Source: Infirmifilum sp. (GTDB lineage Archaea > Thermoproteota > Thermoprotei > Thermofilales > Thermofilaceae). Taken from it: DNA of 64,000 nt. Below the pieces are notes generated by a model. It saw nothing but the letters and a program-made list of their open reading frames with translations, had not been told where the DNA came from and made no database searches. Position 1 is the stretch's first letter; every line of letters starts with the position of its first letter. Below are positions 20,431 to 30,336 of the stretch, in pieces. The stretch covers positions 17,608 to 81,607 of the forward strand of contig JBEULP010000039.1 of the NCBI GenBank assembly GCA_041287245.1. The letters are read 5' to 3'. The translations under genes and the position numbers were made by a program.

Positions 20431-21125
20431 TCACCTATCCCTTCTATAGTTGGGAGGATTTTGTCAGCAGAGCAGTCGAGCTACAGCTTCTAGGCGTGAA
20501 ACGCCTGTTCCAGGAAGGAAAGGTCGAGGTTTTTGGAAAAAGGGTCTTAGGGAAAGGAACAGTGGGAATAGTTGTGAAGGCCCAGTTCGTTGATGGAACA
20601 CTAGTTTCAGTTAAGATAAGGCGAAGCGACGCCTCGCGAAGCTCCCTTCTACACGAGGCACGTATACTTCTGAAGGTAAACTCAGTAGGTGTGGGTCCAC
20701 GGCTTGTCGCCTATTCCAGGAACTATTTAATATGGCGGTTCGTCAACGGCGTCCCAATAGAGGCTTGGATCACCAAGTGTAGTTCTCAGGAGCTCCGCCA
20801 AACCTTAAAGCTTATTCTGGAGCAGCTTTGGATCCTTGATCAAATCGGGATTGCACATAATGAACTATCCAGGTTTAAGGAGCATGTCCTGGTGCAGAAC
20901 GACGGTAAACCTGTAATTATAGACTTCGAGTCTTCTACCGAAAACAAGTATAGAACCAATATACCTCAGTTCCTTGGCTTTCTCCTCAACGAGAGATCTC
21001 TAACTAGTAAAATTACCCGAGAAAAACTATCTATAGAGGTCGCGCGTGATAAATTGATAACAATCCTACGGAGCTACAAGAGAGGGATAGCCACAATTAA
21101 AGACATACTCACTTTGATTGAATAA
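20388..21125 (+). CDS. Atypical Ser/Thr protein kinase (RIO/Bud32-like, COG2112-type)
   Basis: LGKGTVGIV, VKIRRSD, EARIL, HNELS, IIDFES; usual neighbour of cca. Confidence 0.82.
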   Translation: MDYLSAEIFEWSRIITYPFYSWEDFVSRAVELQLLGVKRLFQEGKVEVFGKRVLGKGTVGIVVKAQFVDGTLVSVKIRRSDASRSSLLHEARILLKVNSVGVGPRLVAYSRNYLIWRFVNGVPIEAWITKCSSQELRQTLKLILEQLWILDQIGIAHNELSRFKEHVLVQNDGKPVIIDFESSTENKYRTNIPQFLGFLLNERSLTSKITREKLSIEVARDKLITILRSYKRGIATIKDILTLIE

Positions 21126-21145
21126 CTCTCGCGCGCCGCGTATTG

Positions 21146-21610
21146 TCACTTTAACGTTTCAATCACTATGTATGTCCTCGTCTCTCTCACACCGTCGAGC
21201 ATATTTATTTTGTTGAGAACCTCGTCTAGGAGATGCTGTGAAACCTGAATTACGACATCTATATCTCCCGTCACTCTATACATCCTTTCCAGTGGTAGCT
21301 CTCGTAGAACAGAATACAGGTTGAGACGTTTTTGAGGTTCCAACTTAAGTGTTATTAATGCAGTCCCACTTTGCCCCGAAAGTACTTGCTCGGCTTTCTC
21401 AGTTAAATCTATAAATCCTCTTCCCGTTCTTATTAGACCCAGCTCTCGTAGCCTTTTAAGGTGCATATTAAGTGCCTGTCTCGTAATTCCAAGTTCTTTG
21501 GCTATTTTATTCTGGGTCTCTTTGACTGTATACACATGTAAAGGTTGACTTTTTTTGAAAAGGTATGCAAGTAGTTCAAACTGTTTTTCTGTTAGTGTAA
21601 TTGAACTCAT
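21146..21610 (-). CDS. Lrp/AsnC family transcriptional regulator
   Basis: HTH TQNKIAKELGITRQALNMHLKRL; C-terminal RVTGDIDVV..GVRETRTYI; ORF track start 21676. Confidence 0.85.
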   Translation of the reverse strand: MSSITLTEKQFELLAYLFKKSQPLHVYTVKETQNKIAKELGITRQALNMHLKRLRELGLIRTGRGFIDLTEKAEQVLSGQSGTALITLKLEPQKRLNLYSVLRELPLERMYRVTGDIDVVIQVSQHLLDEVLNKINMLDGVRETRTYIVIETLK

Positions 21611-21727
21611 ACAAATTATATGACAATTGTCAAAATAAATTTTTCGCAGTTTAAAACTTACTAGCGCTGGAAGCATACTCCCGCGCGCGTAGAAAAAATA
21701 TTAATTTTAGCCTACTAAGAGAACTGT

Positions 21728-22213
21728 ATGAGTATAACGGTTCCGTTCGTACCTAGCCCCCCTGAGCTAATAAAACGCGCTTTTGAAATAGCAGGTTTAA
21801 AACCAGGAGAACTAGTCCTCGACCCTGGCTGCGGAGATGGGAGATCTCTCATAATCGCGGCTAAGGAGTTCGGAGCTAGGGCCGTCGGGATTGAATTAAG
21901 GAAAGATCTCTTAGAGACTGCGATGAGGCGAATAAGTGAAGAGGGGGTAAGTGATAGAGTTCTCCTCATCCATGGAAGCTTCTATGATATTGCTTTTCCA
22001 CCTGCTGATGTAGTTTTCCTGTATTTATTAACCTCTGTAAACGAGCGTCTCCGACCCAAGCTGGAGAGAGAACTAAAGCCGACTACACGTGTTGTTTCTC
22101 ACGACTTTGAAGTTACAGGCTGGAAACCCGTTGAAGCCGTCACGGTGGAGGAGGGTGGTAGAACCCACAAAATCTATTTTTACATCGTCGGGGAGAGTAT
22201 CAAGAGGTTGTAG
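21728..22213 (+). CDS. SAM-dependent methyltransferase, crenarchaeal protein-lysine methyltransferase (aKMT)-like
   Basis: VPFVPSP, DPGCGDGR, FLYLLTSVNERLRPKLERELKP, RVVSHDF..GWKP. Confidence 0.85.
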   Translation: MSITVPFVPSPPELIKRAFEIAGLKPGELVLDPGCGDGRSLIIAAKEFGARAVGIELRKDLLETAMRRISEEGVSDRVLLIHGSFYDIAFPPADVVFLYLLTSVNERLRPKLERELKPTTRVVSHDFEVTGWKPVEAVTVEEGGRTHKIYFYIVGESIKRL

Positions 22214-22214
22214 T

Positions 22215-22502
22215 ATGGCTGAGGGAATAAACGTTGAAATAGAAAATATTTCAAAGGATAAACTGGAGATTAAGATCAAGGGGGAAGGTCATACATTGCT
22301 CAACATGCTTGTCGACGAGCTAAACAAGAACCCTCACGTCACCGCCTCCTATAGGATTGATCATCCACTTCTGCCTGTAGCTTACTTGCAAATTCAGACT
22401 GACGGTTCTTTACTCCCTATTGAGGCTCTCCGTGAAGCAACGACAAATCTGAAGGAAAAAATGAAGGCACTCCGTGAACAGTTACGAGAACAGACGAGCT
22501 GA
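22215..22502 (+). CDS. rpoL: DNA-directed RNA polymerase subunit Rpo11 (L)
   Basis: GEGHTLLNML, ASYRIDHPL; ATG at 22215 directly after the methyltransferase stop. Confidence 0.95.
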   Translation: MAEGINVEIENISKDKLEIKIKGEGHTLLNMLVDELNKNPHVTASYRIDHPLLPVAYLQIQTDGSLLPIEALREATTNLKEKMKALREQLREQTS

Positions 22503-22846
22503 CACGAGTTCTAACGGATAAGGGTCTTGCAAAGCTTGGTGACGCGATAGTTAATTTTCTCGTCTCAGCCTCGCTATCACTAGCCTCGGGCAAGATGCAG
22601 GGCATTAAAGTCTCAGGAAAGCTTCTAGATAGGAGCTATCGCCTGTCAAAGTTATCCGGTATCCGCTTGCCATACGATACAGAGCCAGGTGAGGCGGTAG
22701 AAGCCTTTCTCGCCTTTTCATGGCTTAGGGGGTGTCTAGAGATGGAGAAGGGTGTTGAGAAGCTATACAACTCCCTAAAGAATCACAAAAGCGTTGAGGA
22801 AGCCCTGGCCTTACTAATTAACGAGCTGCTAAGCGTTTGCGCTTGA
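22499..22846 (+). CDS. Archaeal ribonuclease III-like small protein, probably CTG-initiated
   Basis: In-frame segment upstream of track ATG 22595 encodes [19 protein letters not shown]; downstream [13 protein letters not shown]; in-frame TGA at 22475 bounds the ORF. Confidence 0.65.
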   Translation: MTRVLTDKGLAKLGDAIVNFLVSASLSLASGKMQGIKVSGKLLDRSYRLSKLSGIRLPYDTEPGEAVEAFLAFSWLRGCLEMEKGVEKLYNSLKNHKSVEEALALLINELLSVCA

Positions 22847-22984
22847 CTGTGCATGAAGAACTCTTCTCTTAAAGTTCCTAAAGTTTCTCCTACGTGGTAT
22901 CAAATTCTTCCTGGGCTTAGGAGGTATCTTTGGTGTTGCATTCCTCACTTTTCCAGCTTTTGTAAGGCTACCGTGTGAAGGCAT
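22829..22984 (-). CDS. rps30e: 30S ribosomal protein S30e
   Basis: Not in ORF track (51 aa): [51 protein letters not shown]. Confidence 0.97.
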   Translation of the reverse strand: MPSHGSLTKAGKVRNATPKIPPKPRKNLIPRRRNFRNFKRRVLHAQSSANA

Positions 22985-23042
22985 AGCTTATCCGCATTAT
23001 CCCCTTACGGTCAAAATATAAGTTTTTCTATAACGACCATAT

Positions 23043-24413
23043 ATGGTCGTTAAGATAAGAGGGGTTAGGATGGAACGCTCGAAATATGGTAACCGTTTAA
23101 ACGAGACACTAGCCAGCTACGGCGTTAAAATCTTTGATCTAGTTTTGGTTCGGTTGAAAGACGGTTTGGAGTTAAAAGGTATGATTCTGCCGAGACCTTC
23201 TACAGGCGACCCTAACGCTCTAGTTTTAAAACTCGAGAACGGCTACAACATAGGTATCTCGCTTGAAAACATCAAGGAGATAAAAGTCCTGGAGAGCGCT
23301 CAACTTAGACAAGAAGCTCCTAAAAAAAGAACAATGAGAGAGCGGGCTGGGAATACTGTGTACTTTATAGGGACCGGTGGCACTATTGCTTCTCGTGTTG
23401 ACTATGTGACAGGAGCAGTATACCCGTATTTCTCTGCCGAGGAACTCTATGAGATGATTCCGGAGCTGGAAGAGATAGCATTCATAAAAAGCGAGACTCT
23501 TTTCAGCATCTTCAGTGAGGACATGACCCCCAGGCACTGGGAAGGTATCGCGCGAAAAATCGGGGAGGTATTTGATAAGGAGTCGCCGTTGGGTATTGTC
23601 GTAGCCCATGGAACCGACACTATGCATTACTCAGCGTCTGCTATTGCCTTCGCAGTCCGGAAGGCGCCGGGTCCTGTTGTATTTACTGGTGCCCAGAGGT
23701 CCTCCGATCGCCCATCTAGCGACTCTGCTCTTAACGTTATAGGGGCTACGGTGACCGCATTAAAAGCACCGTTCGCCGAATCTGTCATAGTGATGCATGG
23801 GACGGTTAGCGATGACATAATGCTTGTCCATAGGGGCGTGCGGGCCAGGAAAATGCATACAAGCAGGAGAGACGCCTTTATGAGTATAAACTCTTTGCCT
23901 CTGGGCCGGGTTGATCCTTATTCTAGAAAACTCGAGGTTCTTCAAGCAGAGTATAAAGCGAGAGAGGACGGCGTAGAGGTTTACCCCAAGTTTAGTGATA
24001 AGGTAGCGCTCGTAAAGTTCTTCCCAGGGATGGAGCCATCTATATTCGAGTTTTATCAAGAAAAAGGGTATCGTGGGCTTGTTATAGAAGGAACCGGTCT
24101 CGGCCACGTTAACAGTTCTTTGATAAATGTGCTCGGGAAGCTTATCAAAGATGGTATGCTTATTGTAATGTCGTCTCAGTGTCTTTGGGGATCTGTGAAC
24201 ATGAATGTTTACCGCACAGGAGTCGAACTGTTAAAAGCGGGTGTGATCCCCGCTGGAAACATGATACCCGAGGTAGCGTACGTAAAGCTTAGCTGGGTTT
24301 TAGGGCAAACAGGGGGCGTCGAGGAGGCGCGTAGGCTCTTTACCTCTAATCTCGCTTTCGAGCTATCAGAGAGAAACGAGTATAGGTACTATCCTGGCGC
24401 ATGGTGGTGGTAA
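23043..24413 (+). CDS. gatD: Glu-tRNA(Gln) amidotransferase subunit D
   Basis: KLENGYNIG, TGGTIASRVDY.TG, HGTDTM, GAQRSSDRPSSD, KMHTSRRDAF. Confidence 0.97.
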   Translation: MVVKIRGVRMERSKYGNRLNETLASYGVKIFDLVLVRLKDGLELKGMILPRPSTGDPNALVLKLENGYNIGISLENIKEIKVLESAQLRQEAPKKRTMRERAGNTVYFIGTGGTIASRVDYVTGAVYPYFSAEELYEMIPELEEIAFIKSETLFSIFSEDMTPRHWEGIARKIGEVFDKESPLGIVVAHGTDTMHYSASAIAFAVRKAPGPVVFTGAQRSSDRPSSDSALNVIGATVTALKAPFAESVIVMHGTVSDDIMLVHRGVRARKMHTSRRDAFMSINSLPLGRVDPYSRKLEVLQAEYKAREDGVEVYPKFSDKVALVKFFPGMEPSIFEFYQEKGYRGLVIEGTGLGHVNSSLINVLGKLIKDGMLIVMSSQCLWGSVNMNVYRTGVELLKAGVIPAGNMIPEVAYVKLSWVLGQTGGVEEARRLFTSNLAFELSERNEYRYYPGAWWW

Positions 24414-26317
24414 TGGCGGAAAACCGGGTTAAAATAAAATGCGGGCTGGAGATTCACCAGATGCTTGATACTCAATCGAAGTTGTTCTGTTCCTGCCCAA
24501 CCCAAATAAGAAAAGAACCTGGAGATTACAACTTCATACGCAGGCTAAGACTAGCCTCCAGCGAGATAGGAGAGATTGACCCAGCGGCTCTTTTTGAGTA
24601 TGAGAAAGGCCTTCATTTCGTCTATGAGGGTTACCACGATAATGTTTGTTTAGTTGAAATGGACGAAGAGCCACCTCATCAGACGAATCCAGAGGCTCTG
24701 AATCTAGCGCTTAAATTCGCGCTTCTTGTAAATGCACATCTCGTGGACGAGGTTCACGTTATGAGGAAGATAGTAATAGACGGCTCCAACACCACGGGTT
24801 TTCAACGTACAATGCTTATTGCTTTAGGCGGTATGGTGCAAGTTAATGGAAAGACTATACCCATCGAGAGCATTTGTCTAGAGGAGGACGCGGCAAGGAA
24901 GATAGAGGAGAACAAGGAAAAGAGATCCCTTACCTACAGGTTGGACAGGTTGGGAATTCCATTAATTGAGGTGGCAACCGCCCCAGTCATAGAGTCCCCC
25001 GAGGAGGCCCGTGAGGTTGCCCATTACATTGGTCTTCTACTAAGATCTCTTGGTAAAGTAAAGAGGGGGTTAGGGACAATTCGCCAGGACTTAAACGTGT
25101 CTATTGAAGGAGGGGCGAGGATTGAAATTAAAGGTGTACAATACTTGGATCTCATTCCGATTGTCGTGGAGAACGAGCTTAAAAGGCAGCTCAAGCTACT
25201 TGAGATACGGGAAGAATTAAAGAGGAGAGGTCTCTCTGCAAAAGACATAGTGTTTAAACCTGTAGACGTAACAGATGTATTTAGGAATACTAAGTCAAAG
25301 ATAGCTAAAAACGCCATGGAAAAAGGTGGCTCAGCGCTCGCTCTGAAACTAAAAGGGTTTAAGGGTATTCTAGGACTTGAAATACAGCCTGGCAGGAGGT
25401 TCGGGACAGAACTAGCTGACCGTGCGCGTTACTGGGCCCAGGTCGGCGGTCTCTTCCATAGCGATGAGCTCCCTGCTTATGGTATTACAGCTGAGGAAGT
25501 AGAGCACCTGAAAAACAAGCTTGAAGCAGGCGAGAACGACGCTTTCGTCTTAGTTTTCGATGAGAAGGAGAAAGCAGAGAAGGCGCTTGAAGCAGTTTTC
25601 AAGAGGGTTTTGGAGGCATTTGAAGGGGTGCCGGAAGAAACCAGAGCGGCAAACCCCGACGGCACCACAAAGTTCATGAGACCAAGACCAGGAAAAGCGA
25701 GAATGTACCCTGAAACCGACATTCGCCCAATTACTATCACGAAAGAACTCGTTGAAAAACTCAGGGCCGAGCTTCCCGAGCCACCGGAAAAAACCCTTGA
25801 AAGGCTGAAAAGGCAGTATGGCTTGTCAGATGACCTGGCTCAACAGCTTTTCAACTCAGAGTATCTGTTTTTCTTCGAGGAGCTAGTACAGGCAACGGGG
25901 GTTCAGCCTATAATTGCAGCTACACTGTTAACAAACACTCTGAAAAGCCTTAGGAGAGATGGGGTTAACGTTGACGCATTGGAAGAAGAGCAAATTAAAG
26001 GTGTACTGAGGGCTGTGGCAGAAGGTAAATTAGCAAAGGAAGCAATACCTGATGTCATTAAAGCCTTGGCTGAGAATCCAGACGCGACGCTGGAGAGCAT
26101 TATAGAAAAGCTTTCACTTAGAACCTTAACTGTTCAGGATCTTGAAAGGATAGTTGACCAAATAATCAACGAGAAGAGGCAGTTCATAGTAGAAAGAGGC
26201 GAGGGGTCGTTCAGCCCCATTATGGGGCTTGTCATGGATAAGGTTAGGGGGAGAATAGATGGAAAAATTGTCGCAGAGATTGTTCGGAGAAAGATATTAG
26301 AGGTCATTTCTTCTTAG
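24413..26317 (+). CDS. gatE: Glu-tRNA(Gln) amidotransferase subunit E
   Basis: GLEIHQ.L..KLFC, DEEPPH, IDGSNTTGFQRT, RGLGTIRQDLNVSI, RMYPETD; TAATG overlap with gatD. Confidence 0.97.
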   Translation: MAENRVKIKCGLEIHQMLDTQSKLFCSCPTQIRKEPGDYNFIRRLRLASSEIGEIDPAALFEYEKGLHFVYEGYHDNVCLVEMDEEPPHQTNPEALNLALKFALLVNAHLVDEVHVMRKIVIDGSNTTGFQRTMLIALGGMVQVNGKTIPIESICLEEDAARKIEENKEKRSLTYRLDRLGIPLIEVATAPVIESPEEAREVAHYIGLLLRSLGKVKRGLGTIRQDLNVSIEGGARIEIKGVQYLDLIPIVVENELKRQLKLLEIREELKRRGLSAKDIVFKPVDVTDVFRNTKSKIAKNAMEKGGSALALKLKGFKGILGLEIQPGRRFGTELADRARYWAQVGGLFHSDELPAYGITAEEVEHLKNKLEAGENDAFVLVFDEKEKAEKALEAVFKRVLEAFEGVPEETRAANPDGTTKFMRPRPGKARMYPETDIRPITITKELVEKLRAELPEPPEKTLERLKRQYGLSDDLAQQLFNSEYLFFFEELVQATGVQPIIAATLLTNTLKSLRRDGVNVDALEEEQIKGVLRAVAEGKLAKEAIPDVIKALAENPDATLESIIEKLSLRTLTVQDLERIVDQIINEKRQFIVERGEGSFSPIMGLVMDKVRGRIDGKIVAEIVRRKILEVISS

Positions 26318-26606
26318 AGCCAGCTCTAAGCTTCAACAGCTCAGCCGCTATTTTATTTATCATCACGCTCTTTTTCTCTCCGGAGTTTACAATTAATCTT
26401 CCTTCATCTTCATACCAGAGCGCAGGGAATTTTTTCTCTTTTTCCACAAGTACCTCGCTGTACCCAGCTTTTTGCGCTGCTAGTAGTACTTCTTCTATTG
26501 TAGGCTTATTGATGGCTAGGTTGAGAGGTACGCGCCTACCCTTGTTTCTAGGCACGGAGGAATCAAAATAAACGGTCCAGATTATTCTTCCGTTTTTCCT
26601 CTTCAT
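26304..26606 (-). CDS. srp19: Signal recognition particle protein SRP19
   Basis: IIWTVYFDS...KGRRVP, P...W...GR. Confidence 0.93.
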   Translation of the reverse strand: MKRKNGRIIWTVYFDSSVPRNKGRRVPLNLAINKPTIEEVLLAAQKAGYSEVLVEKEKKFPALWYEDEGRLIVNSGEKKSVMINKIAAELLKLRAGSKKK

Positions 26607-26995
26607 GAGGATTCAACAAGCACGGCATTCACAACTCCATCTTGCCCGGGACGCGATGTGACGATAGCCTTGCCCGCCTCGGTTTGTATAATAGCTCCTC
26701 TTGTGATAACTCCTCTCCGAGCGAGGTTTCTATTAGAAGGATTATCAAGCACTCGCAATATCTTTGCCTTGACCGTCTTTTTCTGGCTAGTGATATATAC
26801 GTTGGCTTCCGCGGCAGCCTTTACACGTATTTTCCTTGTTCCTCCACGTGCCCTAATGATCTTCCTTTCACTCTTCTCGGAAACAACAGGGTTTAGTGGA
26901 TACCTACCTGAGAAGTATTTTCGCTTAACCTTAACGTGTCTGCCTTTGAGACCTCCAGAGATTTTCTTCAAATCGTTGCCGTGATATACTCCCAT
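26603..26995 (-). CDS. rps8e: 30S ribosomal protein S8e
   Basis: RARGG..K, NPSN...RRGVITRGAII, VTSRPGQDGVVNAVL. Confidence 0.98.
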   Translation of the reverse strand: MGVYHGNDLKKISGGLKGRHVKVKRKYFSGRYPLNPVVSEKSERKIIRARGGTRKIRVKAAAEANVYITSQKKTVKAKILRVLDNPSNRNLARRGVITRGAIIQTEAGKAIVTSRPGQDGVVNAVLVESS

Positions 26996-27101
26996 ATTAC
27001 TAGCCCGCGTCTTTTACTTTTAGTCCCCTTTTTTAGCTTTTCGCAGCTTTGACCGCGCGAAATCGTTATTTAGTTGTTTAAAATATTGTCTCGGGGCATG
27101 T

Positions 27102-27839
27102 ATGCGGATAATCGAGAAGGGAAAGCTTAAAATCATCCTGAATGAGGATTTAAAAGCCCGCTATCTTATAACTGGTTTTCACGGCATTGGACATGTTGGC
27201 TGGATATCCGTTAGACACTTGGTCGAGAAAAACAACGCAGCTAGGGTAGGTCATATCATATCTCCATACATGCAGCCGTTTGTCTCAATACGAAAAGGCG
27301 TGAAAACGCCTTACGAGTTATATAAGGCTGGGGAAACTCTGTTTTTCCTCTCTAACATACCACTCAGTGCTCGCGACACAGCACCCTTAACCCTAGAGTT
27401 GGCGGAATTGTCGCTTGAGGTTGGTGTGGAAGAAGCCATTCTCTTCGGCGGTCTCGATAATAGGTTTAAGGAAGACGACAGCGTCCGCTTAGCTCCAACT
27501 TCCCAATACTTCTCTAGACATCAAGACCTGTTTAATAACGGTAGGTTTAAGCTCATAGACGAGGGATTAGGGGTCGTTGGACCACTGGCAATGCTTCTCT
27601 CTGTCTACGAGGCGCGGGAGATCCCAGCCGTGGCAATTCTACCCTATGCGGCGCCTGATAGGCCGGATCCCAAGGCTGCAGCTGATGCTCTTAGAACGTT
27701 TAACGAAATCTACGGATTTAACATACCTGTCGACGAGCTGATCGAAGAGGGCACATTGCTGGAGAAGGAACTAGAGGAAGTAGAAAAGAAGATGAAACAG
27801 ATGATTAGAGAGAAGGAACCCCCGGTTTATCACGTGTGA
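27102..27839 (+). CDS. Proteasome assembly chaperone (PAC2) family protein
   Basis: ITGFHGIGHVG, FGGL, VVGPLA.LL, PDPKAAA. Confidence 0.88.
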   Translation: MRIIEKGKLKIILNEDLKARYLITGFHGIGHVGWISVRHLVEKNNAARVGHIISPYMQPFVSIRKGVKTPYELYKAGETLFFLSNIPLSARDTAPLTLELAELSLEVGVEEAILFGGLDNRFKEDDSVRLAPTSQYFSRHQDLFNNGRFKLIDEGLGVVGPLAMLLSVYEAREIPAVAILPYAAPDRPDPKAAADALRTFNEIYGFNIPVDELIEEGTLLEKELEEVEKKMKQMIREKEPPVYHV

Positions 27840-29466
27840 TCAGATCACGCGCAAGGGATACCGCGAGCTCGATTTTCTCCGCAGTTGTGTTATGGTCTTC
27901 TAAGGCTCTAGAGTAGCCTGGTAGTTTCACCGTGAGGAGCAGAATATTTTCTTCTCTTAACCTTTCCCCCAGCTTTCTAATAAACGACCCATCCAAGGAA
28001 TAATACACTAATACTGTCACAAGGTAGTTTTTGTTAATTATAAACCAAGCTATATCCTCCTTTATTTGATCAGATGCCTCCTCCATGACTAGCCTACTAG
28101 CCTCGTACTGTGAAAGCGGGTAGAGGCCATCGAGTTCTATAGGGATTACTGAGAAGGCTGGTGATAGTATTGCCACATCACAGTGATTAATAAGGTCCGG
28201 TTTATCGGACAGAATCTCTTTCACCAACCCGAAACGTGTGAAGGGTTTTTGAGGGGGTTCTTCGAATAAAAGGAGAACGGAGCTTCGACTCTTATACCTA
28301 CTCTTAAGCCTGTTAATATGCCTTATAACCTCGGGCCTGTACCTGCTCAGCCCGCTATAGAAGAAAACCCCTTGAGGGATCCACCTTGTAACAGGATGTG
28401 ACTTGGCGATAAACTCCCCATATCTTATAAACGTTCTAAGAGCATCTGTAAGCGCAGGATGCCCCCTAGTCTTCTCTTCTATTATATCCCAGAGCCTTCC
28501 TTCATGGATAGCTTGTCTAATCCTTTTTAACTCCTGTTTTATCACATATAGGTTGTGAATAGCAATAAGCTCGACCCGCTCCTGCTTGGGCATCTCGCGG
28601 AGTTCTCTAGCGGTATACTTTGAGCATATAGGACATGTACACGGCAGCTCTTCAACTTCGCTTAACCTAAGAGTTCCACGCGGAGTGATAAGCCTATCAT
28701 TCCTCGCATATAAAACATAGGAGGCAGAGTCAAACAAATCAACACCCATAGCAACCCCTAGAGGCAGGATCAATGGGTGGCCCGCTCCGAAAAGGTGTAG
28801 GGGAGCCCCCCACGGAAGGTTCAATCTAGCAGTCATAGCAAGTTTCACAACCTCGGGGTAGTTGTATTCTTCCATGAATTGCGTAGGGCCGCCCACAGCG
28901 TAAATATCGGCGGGGATCTGTGCAGCCTGATTAGCAGAATATGCTACAAGACTGGTGTGGACGCCTCCTTGAATAGGAGCTACAAGGAGCATTCCCTTAC
29001 GATCTAGCTCAACCGCCTCTCGCAACCGCCTCAGAGTCTCCTCAACCTCTTCACGCGCCTCTTCATATGGCGTTTCACGCCGCGTTGGAATGTCAAGGAT
29101 AACTCCGATGTCTGATCCAATCTCTACCTGATAGGTAAAAATTTCGCGTGGATTAACATCTACTTTTCCGTAGACGAGAAGTTGATACGCGCCTGAGTCA
29201 GTGTAGACTGGGCCGTCGAAACCTAGTATGCCATGGACTGTAAGCTCTTTGGCTAACTCGCCATAATTTCTCTTGATAATATATGAGTTTGTAATCACCA
29301 TTGGAAAGCCGATCTCTCTTATCTTGGAGGCAGGAACTACCTGTTTTCCAGGGTTAATAACAGGAGTCAACGTAGGAGTCTCAACAACCCCCCTTCTAGT
29401 GTATAATCTTCCAGTTCTACCCAACAGGTCTACTTCCTCTACTTCAAAATTCTCGAACCATACCAC
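27805..29466 (-). CDS. tgtA: Archaeosine tRNA-guanine(15) transglycosylase
   Basis: GRTG.L, ETP...PV, TNSY, TDSGAYQ, LDIPT, PIQGG, HLFGAGHP, DLFDSASY, CTCPIC..H. Confidence 0.96.
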   Translation of the reverse strand: MVWFENFEVEEVDLLGRTGRLYTRRGVVETPTLTPVINPGKQVVPASKIREIGFPMVITNSYIIKRNYGELAKELTVHGILGFDGPVYTDSGAYQLLVYGKVDVNPREIFTYQVEIGSDIGVILDIPTRRETPYEEAREEVEETLRRLREAVELDRKGMLLVAPIQGGVHTSLVAYSANQAAQIPADIYAVGGPTQFMEEYNYPEVVKLAMTARLNLPWGAPLHLFGAGHPLILPLGVAMGVDLFDSASYVLYARNDRLITPRGTLRLSEVEELPCTCPICSKYTARELREMPKQERVELIAIHNLYVIKQELKRIRQAIHEGRLWDIIEEKTRGHPALTDALRTFIRYGEFIAKSHPVTRWIPQGVFFYSGLSRYRPEVIRHINRLKSRYKSRSSVLLLFEEPPQKPFTRFGLVKEILSDKPDLINHCDVAILSPAFSVIPIELDGLYPLSQYEASRLVMEEASDQIKEDIAWFIINKNYLVTVLVYYSLDGSFIRKLGERLREENILLLTVKLPGYSRALEDHNTTAEKIELAVSLARDLITRDKPGVPSL

Positions 29467-29653
29467 ATCTTTCGCGAGTTCGTAAGGGAAATAAATGTTT
29501 TTATTCTTTTAACTGTGCCATTAGGAGCTGCAGCTCCACTATCAACTGGTAGATCTTGCCTCTAAGCTCCTCCTCCCTAGCTGTGCCGGCCCAAGCGGCA
29601 AAAACCACATAAAACTTATTATAGCTCGCGGTAAAGAATGAGGCAGAGTATAA

Positions 29654-30007
29654 ATGAAGGGAAGAATCAAGGCTATGGAAGCACTATCATATGCTGATGT
29701 TACAAGATTTCGAATTGAATTAGAAGGGGGAGTCCTGGAAGTGGAGATTCCACTCAAGCTTCTCCAAGATGTAGGTGTAAACCCCGAGGTTGGAACTAAA
29801 GTGGAAGTTGAGCTGTCGGCTAAACCTGAAGAATTAGAACCTTGGCAAATCGTGTTGGCCGGGGAAGTCTACTTAAAACAAGAAGCCCAGGGAACTCTCT
29901 ATGCTTCAGCTGGGGGTCTACAGATAGTTATGCCAACTAAGATATTAACGGATAATATCGATGTAGGGGGCAAGGTTTACCTAAAGCTCAGGTTCGAACA
30001 GCACTAG
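29654..30007 (+). CDS. rpoG: DNA-directed RNA polymerase subunit Rpo8 (G), RPB8 homolog
   Basis: OB-fold-like sequence with G.VY and YASAGGLQ matching the RPB8 (V)S.GGL signature; next to tgtA. Confidence 0.75.
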   Translation: MKGRIKAMEALSYADVTRFRIELEGGVLEVEIPLKLLQDVGVNPEVGTKVEVELSAKPEELEPWQIVLAGEVYLKQEAQGTLYASAGGLQIVMPTKILTDNIDVGGKVYLKLRFEQH

Positions 30008-30051
30008 CGCTAGCTTTTTAGACTTTCATTAGCTATTTTATACGCAGATTT

Positions 30052-30336
30052 ATGGTCGACATGGGGATACTAGAGGAGATACTGGAGTGGACTCGAAGGA
30101 ATAATGCTGTTATTGACATAAGCTTTAGGGACTGCAGCTACAGGCTGCGCATAGATAAGATGTTTCGAGCCATAGATCGTGGCGGGAATCTGGTTTCGTG
30201 GTCAAAAGCATTTGGCACCAAGAGACCCCCAGACCTATTCAATACATTTGTTTTAGAGAAAATAACCCTGCGCGTTGGGGATAAGGAAGAAAGCTTCCAG
30301 AGTCTCCAGGCCTTAACCCGGAAAATTAAAGGTTAG
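30052..30336 (+). CDS. Hypothetical protein
   Basis: 94-aa ORF filling the gap, TATA-like TTTTATA upstream; no recognised motif. Confidence 0.6.
   Translation: MVDMGILEEILEWTRRNNAVIDISFRDCSYRLRIDKMFRAIDRGGNLVSWSKAFGTKRPPDLFNTFVLEKITLRVGDKEESFQSLQALTRKIKG

Noticed and set aside
20388..21125. Kinase with HNEL instead of HxD as a pseudokinase
   Set aside because: A Glu at this position is, to my knowledge, typical of this archaeal kinase family
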